From assembly GCA_021613535.1 (NCBI GenBank), contig CP075492.1, forward strand, positions 3,720,001 through 3,784,000: a stretch of DNA of 64,000 bases, read 5' to 3'. The stretch comes from Adineta vaga (Eukaryota; Animalia; Rotifera). Below are positions 1 through 11,770 of this stretch, piece by piece (the stretch's first letter is position 1; each line of letters starts with the position of its first letter). The position numbers were made by a program, and so were the translations under genes. The notes beneath the pieces are model-generated. The model made no database searches. It saw only the letters and a list, made by a program, of their open reading frames with translations, and had not been told where the DNA came from.

Positions 1-1078
1 CCAAAACAACACAAATATCAGCTATTTTCTCGAGGGAAGTTCACGAATTTAGTGAGATTCTAACAAGATTCGTAATTCCCTTTTCTAAAAGAAAGGGTTT
101 TACGGTGTATCAAAGTGCTTTAAATTTGTCGGTTTATTCCCGCCAAGCTGGTAACATACATTGACTTACGTTGTATATACATGTTTGTCTTTTCTTATAC
201 TGGCAAAGAAATACAAAGGAAAGACAAACTGTGTAGTGCAGCCTCATGAAAAGAAACACATGGATGAAAGACATTAATTCATATCCGACTTAAAAGCATG
301 TGTATGCATTGCACGGTTCGTTGATTCACTTAAATAAACGTTACTTGGAAAAAACCAAGCAACTTTATTGAATATAAAGATATGAATGAGCTTGCTTCCT
401 ACATACACAAAAACCACTTCAATACATTTCAGCACTGATTTCCATCGTAAGTATACTTAATTATCTATATATGCATTTGTCGACGAAACACAACACTTCC
501 GGCATAAGTATTTGTTTCAGAATTTGAAATGAACGTTTATAACACGTTTTAGAGCAAACTTGAAAGCGTAAGAAAATATATCTTATTACTCGCAAAAATT
601 GCTCGTGTGAGTCTCTAAAATGCACACATGAAGCATTAGTTTCAGTACTATACGGTACAATGTATTCTGTCTTACTTCGAAACTACCCTTGCTCCTTAAT
701 GTCAAGCTCTGAATCCCTCTATAAAATGTTGTGAAGAGTATGACTATATTGATTTGGGCAAAATGTGCAACTTCGAGCAGAATTTTTTTCGCAAACATGC
801 AACGATGTATTTTCTTTATTTCAGGAAAAGGTAAGCGAATGCGTTGGATCTGCGCTACTTACGTTTTATAATAGTCTGAATAGGAATAATATGGTGTGCA
901 GTAAATCTTGTTAGAATCTCACAAAATTCGTGAACTTCTCCAGGGAAAATAGGTGATATTTGCGTTATTTTGGTAAGCTATTGAAAATGGAATTAGATAA
1001 CCTCCACACCTAAATGACAAAGAATATAAAGAAGTAGACTTTTTTGGATGCTATCTTCTGGTGACCGGCTGGAAAGGG
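1..1078. mobile_element. Probable non-autonomous DNA transposon/MITE with long inverted repeats (left end outside the window); possibly piggyBac-like
   Basis: Bases 1-70 are the reverse complement of 904-973 (62/70 identical, ungapped). The right side continues to ...CCGGCTGGAAAGGG|TTCA (1078), which resembles a piggyBac CCC terminus next to a degenerate TTAA site. No transposase ORF inside. Confidence 0.6.
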
Positions 1079-1397
1079 TTCAGCACATTTATCTTTGATT
1101 GACTTCCCTACGTGAACGTAGCGATACAGCATCAAAAGTTTGATTACATATAGACTCTTGTAAGTATTCTTATTTATGTATTACATTAGAATAAAAACAA
1201 AGGAAAATCTGAGTTCCATCAATCGACTGGATAAAAATTCAATTGTTCGAAACTAGTACATTTTCCAGTTGACATTACATCATAGTTCGTAGAAGATCGT
1301 TGATCAACAACTAGAACAAAAGAAAACGAAACGCAGTTGTTAGATTGTGCGAAGTCATGCTGCTCTTATCGAGAACAAGTTCATTGTGATAATATTC

Positions 1398-1563
1398 GCA
1401 TTGTTGGCTGCTACAATAACGAATTTGATGGCATGATGTTGTTTGCACCGTTTACTGTTACGGTGACTGACCTGTCGACACTATGGTGTCCGCACTATAG
1501 ATTGTTATTAGTGACTTATATGACGGCACAATGGTGCCCGCACCGTTGTCTGCTACGGTGACT
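1398..1563. repeat. Degenerate 47-48 bp tandem repeat (3.5 units) built of paired hairpins
   Basis: Units start at 1398, 1445, 1492 and 1540, each beginning GCA. Units 1445 and 1492 each carry two stems (CACCGT..ACGGTG and GACAC-tatg-GTGTC; CACTA..TAGTG and GGCAC-aatg-GTGCC). Unit 1398 keeps the first stem, and its second stem is degenerate. Confidence 0.8.
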
Positions 1564-2770
1564 TTGCTAATTATACCTAAAATATTGTTTAGAATAAAAT
1601 TAAGATTAAAAACAAGAAGAAAATCAAAAATATTGATCTTCTAAAGATACTTCGTTTTTTGCAAGTATTTCGCATTGAATTTGTATAGAAAACGTCGATC
1701 TTATTACTAAAATAATATCAAAAATATTTATATTTTTTTCGCATCATACAATTTACTTGCTATTATATATCTGATTGACCATTCATCAATAAGATGTGGA
1801 TCTTTATTCTACTTCAACAAACGGTTCTTGCATATATAATCATGAATCGATCGAATCATTTGAAGCGAATTTCGCTTCTGATAGAAAATGAGAGAAATCA
1901 ACCGTTTTTATAGTATGATCAAAGAGCGAGAATAATAATTGCGAAATGATACATTGCGAAAACGAATATTAATGACTTGTTATCATCAGTCATACAGAAA
2001 AATCACCGAGCCGTAACTCCCTTTGCGAAAAGTAGCTAATGGCCTTTCTAAATCGTTGTAAAAAATCAAGGTAAAAAGAAGAAAAAAAACGAGGTTTAAA
2101 TCAAAATTTGGATCGTGGGTTACAATTAGTAATAAAACATATTGTAAAAGATTATATAATTTAATTTATAGTTGTCAACACAAGAATATGAGCCAGGCAA
2201 ATAAGAGAAAGATAACAGTTGTTTATCTCGTAACACAGAATAACATGAAATTTGCAGGGATATAATGTCGCAAAATTTTGTAAAATATCACGAAGATCTC
2301 ATGAGTCTCTTGGAGATTTCTAGAATTGGTGTTCGCAGTTTCTTCCTATTATATTATCTATTGATAATATTATGATATTTACTCGTCTTTCAGTTGTTGT
2401 TTTACGTTCTTTCTTTTTTCGCTACCGTTTTTGAAGAGTAAACCAACCATTTCAACCACATTCTCAATGTGTCATGTTCATTTACTATGTTTTCTATTTC
2501 CAAATCTTTTTTGTCATAATGTAAATATTTTACTATTATTTCCTTTCATCGAAAGGCGAAATTATATTGTACGGAAAAGAAACGTGCCTTTTGGGAGGAC
2601 ATATTTGTTTGCGTACGAACGAAATGACATCGTTTTTCTTGTTTTTCTTTCAGTGTAGTTGTGCAATTATAATAGAAAGGTAACTATATAGTCATTACCG
2701 TTTTTTATGCCACTGTACTGAGTCATCGATATGTCATTATATTTAAAAATATTCTTAGTTTTCTTTTAAG

Positions 2771-4114
2771 ATGTCCAACCTCAACGAACGACAGATCTAT
2801 CAATTATCATATCCTACACTTGTTAAAGAACTAGGAAAACGAAATTTATCAACAAAGTTTGCCACACAAAATAGAAAATTTTACATAATAATCTTTTGTA
2901 TTTCTCAGAGGTGATCTTGATATTCTAAGAACACGTTTAATACATAATTGTAAAGGATATGATCCCCAGCCATATCAATTCGTAGCTGTTATCGATTTTG
3001 AAGCAACATGTATGGCTAAACCACCTGTATATGCTAGTCAGTATATTCAAGAAATAATCGAATTTCCAATTGTTCTTATTGATGTGACTGAACGAAAAAT
3101 TGTATACAATTCTTCTTCTTTACTAAATATTATTAATCATTAAATCTTATCTTCTGTAGATTGATACATTTCATTCTTATTGTCAACCGGTCGTTCAACC
3201 AATCTTAACAGATTATTGTAAAGATTTAACCGGACTAACACAGGTTTGATTTATAGAAATATTCAGTCGAATAATTTATCAAATTGTTTTCAATTCCAAT
3301 ACATAGGAACAAGTTGACAATGCATTGGTATTTCGTGATGTATTTATGAATGTTGAAAAATGGTTAATTGATAGAAATTTAATATCAAATTCTGAACAAA
3401 AATGTTTATTTATCACTGATGGGTAAACGAATATTCTAGGTTAATTTTAAATCGAATTAATTATTGTTCCATAGACCTGCAGATTTCAATCGATATCTAC
3501 GTATGCAATGTGAAATTTCTAATCTAACATATCCGAAATGGGCACATCAATGGTTTAATGTCAAAAAAGCATTTGCAGAATTTTATTCAGTTAAACCTGG
3601 TCGTGAGTTTATCAACATAGTAGTTTTCGTTTAGAATCTCTTAAAACTTTCACTTGTTTTATAGGTATACATAAGATGTTAGAAGATTTACATATTCAAC
3701 CTTATGGTAATTTACATTCTGGTTTAGATGATGCGACAAACATTGGAAGAATAGTTATTGAACTAATTAAAGTAAATAAATATTCGTGATTGAATATTCT
3801 ACTTGTAGTTTATTCGCTCTTTACTATAGGATGGATGTGTGCTATTACCGAATGAGTTTTATATTCCATCAATGCAACGTAATGCACAGCTATTGACTGG
3901 TCAATCCGTATCGACACGAATGATATGTCTGAATTGTTCCAGATCACATTCTGAAGATCAACGTTCTTGTATGCAAGATGTTCCACAACGAGAACAAAGA
4001 TCTAGATCTCATTATCCTCGCTATCCTACAAATCAATCAATGTCATCGGAAAGAATTCCATCATTATTAGATCTCCCATATCCACATACGTCAAATACAA
4101 GAAATAATTCTTAA
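2771..4114 (+). CDS. ERI1: ERI1-like 3'-5' exoribonuclease (SAP domain + DEDDh exonuclease), multi-exon
   Basis: Manual splicing gives MSNLNERQIY..LVKELGKRNLSTKG..LRTRL (SAP-like), VIDFEATC, EIIEFP, FHSYCQP..P.LTDYCKDLTGLTQEQVD, FITDG, HSGLDDATNI. Short GT-AG introns. Only the last exon appears in the ORF track. Confidence 0.85.
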
Positions 4115-4130
4115 GTTTAATTGTAAATGG

Positions 4131-4148
4131 ATATATATATATATATAT
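4131..4148. repeat. (TA)n microsatellite
   Basis: Run of atatatat... between two convergent genes. Confidence 0.8.
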
Positions 4149-4281
4149 GAATGATTGTAATGTTTAAATTCTTAAAATAAATAATAAAATGAAATGACAA
4201 CAGAGTACCATCTCGAGGATATGGATGTAGATGAAGTACAACTGTAGTACCATTCACACTCACACTCTCATTTAAAGTAGC

Positions 4282-5787
4282 TTATGGAACTCCATAAAGA
4301 TTCTCGTGATTATGGCATTGATAATAGCGTTTTACTAGTCGTGACATGTTAGTAAGAAGTACTATTACATCGCTTTGATATCCACCTAGGAGAGTTATAA
4401 ATCCCATCCAGATTTGTAGCATCATGGTACGAATTGCTCTGATCTTCATACTGATTCCGGCAGCTTTCTCTTCAATATCTCCTAACGGGAAAATATTTCC
4501 TTCAAGAACATGGATTCCAGTACCGGTCGCCATTGCCAACTTTAAATTCGCAATAATAACATCGAATCGTCCACCAGTATATCCTGTAAAATTCTCTGTA
4601 AGATCATTGAAGAATTGAACGAATTGAGGTGTTGCCAAGTAGTTAACATCTTTTGTGGAGTAACTGGCTTGGAGATCATTACCATTCGACATTGAAATGT
4701 TAAGCAATTTCGCTTTTTTTCGAATACCAACTGATTTTACGAACCCTTTCTTGTAGTAGGGATAGCGAAAGAAAAAAACGACTACTTCCTTACCATTAGC
4801 CGCATCTTGAATAATCCAACTAGTGTAATTTTGACGAAATTCAATCTCTTTACGTTCCTCGACATATTGTATAAGGCAATTGAGATCGTGACATAGACGA
4901 ACACCAGCTGAATTCGTGGTACAAATGTTTGGCTTGATAATGACTGGAAATGTACCGCCTTTAATATTCCATTGTTGTATATCGGAAATCGATTCGATCC
5001 GAGTTGTATGAAGTGAAGACACATCTCCCAATCGCTGTAATAGCTCAAATTTAGATATCTCATTGGAATGAATCCAGAAGCTATTAATGGAAAGAAAAAT
5101 ACATATGGTAACGAAGGGAACGATCACAAGCGTTACCATCGTCAGTAGAGTGCCTTGTATCAAAGGTATGGATGCGTTTTCGTCGATATTAATCAGTAAC
5201 GATCGTCTAAGCCATACAATTAGGATTGTATTCATTGAGAAGAGGACACAAATGATGAATCCTAAACTAAGCCCAGAGGAAAGACCAAGAGTAATAAAAA
5301 TAATAGAACATATGGCGACGGCGATTGCTCCTGGAATAAGACAGGTATAGATGAGACCGAGAGTAGTAATGACAGTGCCTGATGTTATTAATAAACGAAT
5401 AAGTCCTGATGGAAAAGGGAGTAATGTTGACATCAACATCCAAATCAGTGTAAGTACTAAACGCGCATTCTCGCGCACGAATTTCTTAGCTGGTTTTATT
5501 TGTACTATCCAAAATATGACACGCTCATTTACGAAAGTAATGGCACCGATCGTGGTAATGTAAATGGAAAAATGAATAAAGAATCCTGTGCTGTCGAGAA
5601 GTATGCAGTTGAGAAGAATTAGAAAGATGGAACAGAACAAGATCTTTTTAAAGGCTCGTTGTTGTAATAATTTTCTTAATCGTCGAGGAAATAAAAGTAT
5701 TTTCACTCTTTCATCGAATTTTTTGTGAGACATTGCTAAGTCTACGTCGCGATGATTGACCAGTGGAATTTTAAACAGAGGAGTCAT
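4282..5787 (-). CDS. Intronless multi-pass membrane protein with a C-terminal ATP-grasp-like domain (probable HGT)
   Basis: Several hydrophobic helices in the N-terminal half, then FPVIIKP..SAGV, WIIQD..E, GGRFDV and IHVLEGN, matching the ATP-grasp motif order. Confidence 0.65.
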   Translation of the reverse strand: MTPLFKIPLVNHRDVDLAMSHKKFDERVKILLFPRRLRKLLQQRAFKKILFCSIFLILLNCILLDSTGFFIHFSIYITTIGAITFVNERVIFWIVQIKPAKKFVRENARLVLTLIWMLMSTLLPFPSGLIRLLITSGTVITTLGLIYTCLIPGAIAVAICSIIFITLGLSSGLSLGFIICVLFSMNTILIVWLRRSLLINIDENASIPLIQGTLLTMVTLVIVPFVTICIFLSINSFWIHSNEISKFELLQRLGDVSSLHTTRIESISDIQQWNIKGGTFPVIIKPNICTTNSAGVRLCHDLNCLIQYVEERKEIEFRQNYTSWIIQDAANGKEVVVFFFRYPYYKKGFVKSVGIRKKAKLLNISMSNGNDLQASYSTKDVNYLATPQFVQFFNDLTENFTGYTGGRFDVIIANLKLAMATGTGIHVLEGNIFPLGDIEEKAAGISMKIRAIRTMMLQIWMGFITLLGGYQSDVIVLLTNMSRLVKRYYQCHNHENLYGVP

Positions 5788-6246
5788 TTCTATGAGGAAA
5801 ATGTGTTCAGGATGATGGTATTAACTTCGGAGTTATATTGCCATGAAAAAAATTGTTCACAGATTATTGAAATGATGTTCCTTAACTAACGATTCGTCAA
5901 TTGCATTCTTTCTCTAGTTTCTTTCGTTAATGATTGAATTATTACTAAAGAAAAAGTCGTAATATTGACGTTCTTTCGATTAACTGATAAAAGAAACAAT
6001 GAGAAAAGTCATTTTACACAAAAATCAAATATAATTTATATTTTAATGCACTTCATTTCGTTTTTATATGATCGGCTTTCTACTATAGAATATATAAAAG
6101 CAAAAGAAAGAAAGAAAGAAAGAAAAGATAAGCGTTCTGTTTCTACTTTTACTACAAATCATCGTGAGTGTGTTGAAGATCTCTAACTAGCACCGACACT
6201 CAAGGACAACGAATATGATATTCTATTTTAGATCGAAGGTCAATAT

Positions 6247-6318
6247 GCCTCTATAGCTCAGTGGTAGAGCGCCAGTCTTGTAAACTGGAGGTCCGTAGTT
6301 CGATCCTGCGTGGAGGCA
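6247..6318 (+). tRNA. tRNA-Thr(UGU), copy 1
   Basis: GCCTCTA acceptor pairs with TGGAGGC; D arm AGCTCAGTGGTAGAGC; anticodon arm CCAGT-CTTGTAA-ACTGG; T loop GTTCGATC; T-run Pol III terminator downstream; no encoded CCA. Confidence 0.97.
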
Positions 6319-6743
6319 TTACTCTTTTTTTTTCATTATTCTTGAAAAGCGAAATAATACGAAAAAGTTTTATTTACCACCACTGTCAATCGTAATATAT
6401 AAATATGATCCATCTGACACCACATTTTCTCGCGAATTATAACATATGATATTTTTTTATAAAATTCGCATCCATCGATTAGAAATTCTCCATGTATATA
6501 TCGTTGCATACGAGAGAATTGTATGTCAATGTCAAGTTGAATACATAAGTGAACTTCTAATATAATTAAAAACTATTTATATGAACTATCATATTTTGTT
6601 TGTTTACTCAAACGGAAAGACTGAAGAACTGTTGAAAACAAATTAAGCTAGTTTTACAAAGGTCACATTGTTTATACTCACATTCAAAGTCGATTTTATG
6701 TCATTCGAATCGATATCGAAGAAAAAAATGAAGGTCAATACGC

Positions 6744-6815
6744 GCCTCTATAGCTCAGTGGTAGAGCGCCAGTCTTGTAAACTGGAGGTCCGTAGTTCGA
6801 TCCTGCGTGGAGGCA
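6744..6815 (+). tRNA. tRNA-Thr(UGU), copy 2 (identical to copy 1)
   Basis: Same 72-nt sequence, followed by a TTTTTT terminator. Confidence 0.97.
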
Positions 6816-6986
6816 TCCTACTTTTTTGTGATAATATATTGAAAATTACTAAGGCTATATTTGATTTCGATTACAAATCTATTTATATACGAAAGAATAG
6901 AATGAGAAAATAATCAGATGTCTATTAATTTTGATTCGATTGAAAAGAACGAGATACAGTTTTATTTCTCACATCATCGTATAGTT

Positions 6987-7859
6987 ATGTGGTCTTTCGT
7001 TTTGTTCATTTTTACAATTGTTATTCCTTCAATTAATGGAGAAATCTATCGTCCAGTTGTCATAATGCATGGTGTAACAGCAACAGCAGCTAATATGAAT
7101 GAATTAGCTGGATGGATTCGACAAACATATGAAGGAATTTATGTTACTGCAATTGAAATCGGAAATGGATATGATGATTCATTTTTATTTCCAATGAATA
7201 AACAAGTAGAAATATTTTGTCAAACAATTTTATCGGATTTGAAATTAAAGCAAGGCTTCAATCTGATTGGTGTTTCTCAAGGAAGTTTAATTGTTCGTGG
7301 TGCTGTAGAAAGATGTTCATTACCTGTCTATAATCTAATCACATTAGTGGGCGTTCATCAAGGTATTTTCGGTATTCCTGGTTTACAAATTCTTCCAGCA
7401 CCATTTCGTGAATTAGTTTCAAAATATGCATATGAAGAATCAGTACAAAATGTTATTAGTGTTGCTGGTTATTGGCGTGATCCATATCAATTAGATAAAT
7501 ATTATAAAAAATCACAATTTCTTCCTGATATTAACAATGAAGGTGCAATACGAAATGAAACTTATCGTTTAAATATGTTAAAATTAAATGCATTTGTTAT
7601 CACTTATTCTGATATTGATGAAATTGTTTCACCACCACAATCGAGTTGGTTTATGGGTTTTCAGCCGAATTCACTTCAAGTTGAAATATGGAATCAAACA
7701 AGCCAATTTCAAGATGATTTAATTGGTTTACGAACATTAGAAGAGCAAGGAAAGTTATATAGATTTCCATGTCATATAAAACATCAAGATGCTGCACATA
7801 CACCTGATAAAGATTTTATTTTTCACAATATCTTGTCTTTTCTAAATAATACAATCTGA
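6987..7859 (+). CDS. Lysosomal palmitoyl-protein thioesterase (PPT1/PPT2 family)
   Basis: Signal peptide MWSFVLFIF..; PVVIMHG; GFNLIGVSQG nucleophile elbow; GVHQGIFG; YWRDP; FLPDINNE; D and H of the triad. Start placed at the ATG before the signal peptide. Confidence 0.9.
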   Translation: MWSFVLFIFTIVIPSINGEIYRPVVIMHGVTATAANMNELAGWIRQTYEGIYVTAIEIGNGYDDSFLFPMNKQVEIFCQTILSDLKLKQGFNLIGVSQGSLIVRGAVERCSLPVYNLITLVGVHQGIFGIPGLQILPAPFRELVSKYAYEESVQNVISVAGYWRDPYQLDKYYKKSQFLPDINNEGAIRNETYRLNMLKLNAFVITYSDIDEIVSPPQSSWFMGFQPNSLQVEIWNQTSQFQDDLIGLRTLEEQGKLYRFPCHIKHQDAAHTPDKDFIFHNILSFLNNTI

Positions 7860-8660
7860 AAAATCAATAAAAAGTCATTCGTTGACTATTTCGATTTTTT
7901 CATATTCTACGTACTACGATTTAAAATCACGTAAAGAGTTAATATCCATCAAAACTTTACTCATGAAATTAATACGATTTTATGATGTTGTCATAGATAA
8001 CGAGATTTAATGGAAGTTTCTGTGTTATTTACATGGGTAGGAAATAGAAAAAACTATTCATTGACGATGGAATTGATTCATCTGCGAAAGACTCTTTTTT
8101 TTAAAAATATTTGTTTGAATATTTGTTATGTTTTTAGTGCTCATAGATGTAAATGAACTTTATCACTTCAGAATAGTACTCATATGTAACTGATATAAAA
8201 TTCTTTAGTATGACACGAAAGAACATTAAATATTCAATATTTTGTAAATTGAATAAATAATTAGTTTTAAATATTCAAAAGACTCAATAGTTGAACTTAG
8301 AACTTTCAACTACGATAGAAAAAGCTCGCATTTTCGTCGTCATATATTTCAATATTCAGAAAAAAAGATGAGTAAATCAACGACGGTGAAATATAGTATA
8401 ACTTCCTAAGAATGATAAACTTCAAGTCTTTTGAGAGCACTTCCACTAATTAAATTCTATTCATTGCGACGTATTTCAGGATGAATTCATTTTCCTACGA
8501 TATGTCTCATTAACTATTTAAAAGAAGAAAATAGAATATTCTTTTCTTTCTTTCTTTCTTTCTTTCTTTTCTAATTCTGAACTAGTTAGACAGTGATGCC
8601 ATTTTATCCTTTTAAACCCATCAACAACATCTAGAAAATCTCATTTACTTCGACGTAACA

Positions 8661-9719
8661 ATGTCATCCGTCGACATCCTTCATTTTTCAACCCAATATA
8701 CACTTTATAATGCTTATATAATCTTATTCATGGGACTAATTGGTAATACAATAAATATTCTTGTTTTTCATCGATTAAAACTCTTTCATGGAAATCGATC
8801 CGCATTTTTTCTCATTACTGAATCGATTTCTAATATCTTATACGAATTCGTTTCAATGAGTTTAACAATTCTGACATCAATTTATGGCGATGATGCCACA
8901 GGTCGTTCTGATCCTTGGTGTAAAATAAAATTCATGTTAGCGCAAGTCTTCTTACTCATTACATATTTTATGATCTGTTGTGCATCTGCCGATCAATTCT
9001 TTTCCACACATTCGTATTTTCATCGACGACAATTTTGTACAATGAAATCAGCTCGATGTTCTGCATTTATTATCATTACTATTTGGCTTATTCATAGTGT
9101 TGGTTTTGCATTATTTTTTAGCGCGACACCATTCGTTGGATGTGTCATTTCAAATCCAAATGCAGTTAGATATGCCTCATTCTTTTTCTATCCAGTTCTA
9201 GCAGGATTTTTGCCAATGACAATCGCAGCCACATTTAGTTTATTTGCTTTTCGAAATGTTCGTCGAATTGTTCGTCGACAAGTTCCAATTGTACGTCGTC
9301 GATTAGATCGTCAAATGACAGCAATGGTTTTTCTTCGTGTCATTTTCTTTATTTGTTTAATATTTCCATATAGTTTTTATCGTATTTATGCAATTAATTA
9401 TCCCGTTTCACGAACTCAACCATTACCATATGCAATTGCACAGTTACTTCAAACATTTTTTCTTTCTCTCGTTCGAATGAATTCTGGAGTAGGTGTTACT
9501 TGATGATTTTTTAAATTTCTTTTTGATGATTTTTATTTGATTTAGATCAATTTTTATATCTTTTTTCTGACTTCACCACGTTTTCGACGTCAAGTTAAAT
9601 TTGTCTTGGTTAAAAAATGTTGGCATCAGATCGTACATCGTTGCTGTTTTGACAATAATCAAATTTTACCGGAGACTTCAGATTTAGATAATCCAAACAA
9701 AGAACTCGAAGATCTTTAA
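8661..9719 (+). CDS. Rhodopsin-class orphan GPCR (two exons)
   Basis: 7-TM pattern: GLIGN, WCKIK, ASADQFF, RRRLDRQMTAMV. Intron 9489-9545, then INFYIFFLTSPRFRRQVK..stop. Confidence 0.88.
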
Positions 9720-10565
9720 TTATTTAAATTGGTTTGATTTTTACAAAAACAACAACTTTTTTACGAGCATTTGTCTATTAAGATTTTTGCTCTTTCGCCT
9801 CTGTCGACAGGTGTATATAAATAAGTTTAATTAAAACAAAAGACATCAGATGGCATCAGGAGTTTCATGAACACACGCGTAATTTTCAAAAGAAATAAAT
9901 GATTATAACTGTTCCGTGTGACTGTTTGCAGAGCGAGATAAACGAATGTGCACTGATTTTACTAAATAATACAGAAAAACTTAATGAAAATTATAGGGCA
10001 TATTGCACTTTTTCCATCTCTCTTTTCTACATCTCTTATTTCATATATTTTCAATAACATATGGTTAAGTTCATACCGAAATAATTAATAGTTATGATAT
10101 CTCCATCTAAAATTTTGTATTCATCTCAGTAAATTCCCTCAATGCCTTGATAAATTCAGATATTTGTGATCATTTTCGAGTTCTTTAGTTCATTTTTCTT
10201 ATTGACAAAAAGTATACGAAAACGTTTATTCAATTTAATCAATCGTTTCATAAACAAGAAGTCATGAATGTAATTTTTATTACACTGTACGACTCCATTT
10301 ACAAACAATGTTTCATCTCTTTCTTCCTTCTGTTCTTTCATAAAAATAGTTTTATATTATTCCTCGCTTCGTTATCTATCTCTCTTATCAGAGAAAGTGA
10401 CAAATACAATAATTATATCAACCGCTAAAAACGTTATCTTAAGAGTATCAATCTAGATAATTATTTATTTAGTTTCTAAAAGCTTTAGTTCTATTCAACT
10501 AATGACAATAAAAAAACTAAACATATGAAAAAGAAACAGTTCAAAACAACAAAAATTCCATCGAA

Positions 10566-11411
10566 TTAACCAGATGTTGCTTTCTTTTCTGTTCGTGCTT
10601 TTTGTAAATATTTCAACACATAATTAGCAGTTTTATCAAGATTATCCTTCTTTTGCACTCCATTGGAACATGATTTCGGATTATTACAAGTAAACCAAAC
10701 AGTTCGACTAATTTTCTTTGGATTATCTTCGTGAATTTCAACTAATCGAAAATTCTTTTGATTCGATTGATCAACAAAGAGTTTCTCTTGTAATGTGAAA
10801 AATCGATCTTGTTGTTTTTCTTTTGTACACGTGATTGGTTTTGTAAATGTTGCTGTTATATTCAATACTTTAGTATCTTGTTTTGGATAAAAGTTTCCTG
10901 CACAACTAAGTAATTCTTTGTGTCCACCTTTTGCAACAATAAAAGTTTTCTTCAAATTTTTTGCAAGTAAATTGAGATCAGCATTGATCAATGATGATAA
11001 AATGGATTTGAGTGTTGATAAAGAAATCCATTGAAAATCATCAATAACTAAAATACTTGTTGCATATTTGAAATCTTCGATAATATCAGTTGTTAATGAA
11101 ATCAATGATCGATTCACTTTGGAATTTGTCAATAATGATGATGACATGGCACGAAGATGAATCTTGTCTTCCGTATGATTTGTAAAAACATGTAATTGAA
11201 GACGAGATTTCAATGTTGGATTAGCTAAAGAAGAACATAAATCAAGTTTGGATGTTTTCTTATAAGTTTTGAAATCAATTTCATATTGACAATCTTCTAA
11301 TGTTTCTGTATCACCATAATCATAATCTTCTTCTTCTGCGGCATTAGTTGATTGTAACGTGTTCAATAAGATCAATAGACAAGCAACGAATGCTATCTTG
11401 AAAGAAACCAT
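10566..11411 (-). CDS. Secreted protein of unknown function
   Basis: Signal peptide MVSFKIAFVACLLILLNT, acidic N-terminus, several Cys, long intronless ORF. Confidence 0.7.
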   Translation of the reverse strand: MVSFKIAFVACLLILLNTLQSTNAAEEEDYDYGDTETLEDCQYEIDFKTYKKTSKLDLCSSLANPTLKSRLQLHVFTNHTEDKIHLRAMSSSLLTNSKVNRSLISLTTDIIEDFKYATSILVIDDFQWISLSTLKSILSSLINADLNLLAKNLKKTFIVAKGGHKELLSCAGNFYPKQDTKVLNITATFTKPITCTKEKQQDRFFTLQEKLFVDQSNQKNFRLVEIHEDNPKKISRTVWFTCNNPKSCSNGVQKKDNLDKTANYVLKYLQKARTEKKATSG

Positions 11412-11770
11412 TGTTAATAATGAATAGGTTTCGTATCTTTTCTTTCTATGAAATAGTCTTATCATCGCCTATCATCATTCCAAGACGATGAAAGGTATAA
11501 TGACAAGGTTATGAATATCATCTATAGACTTATGTCTTTAAGAAAGAAATGAGTTTATCTGAAAATTATTGAAAAGTAAAATAGATTCTTTTCTTCATTG
11601 TCAAAGAACCGTCATTGAGTTGTAATAAATAGAAGAATTAATATATATGTGGCATAGGATAGAAATTAATCTATTATTTTTATTGATAAAATTAGGAGGG
11701 AGAAAAGAAACTAACTATTTATAGATTCATACTCAATTTTTCATAGAAGAAATGGTACTGAATATTTCAA

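Noticed and set aside
1398-1563. CRISPR array interpretation of the palindromic repeats
   Set aside because: There are no unique spacers (whole units are homologous), no cas genes, and the context is eukaryotic.
4424-5563. Antisense or nested ORFs within long genes (also inside 24058-29893 and others)
   Set aside because: Shadow ORFs of real coding sequence with no independent evidence.
6668-6913. 81-aa ORF
   Set aside because: It overlaps tRNA-Thr copy 2 and is spurious.
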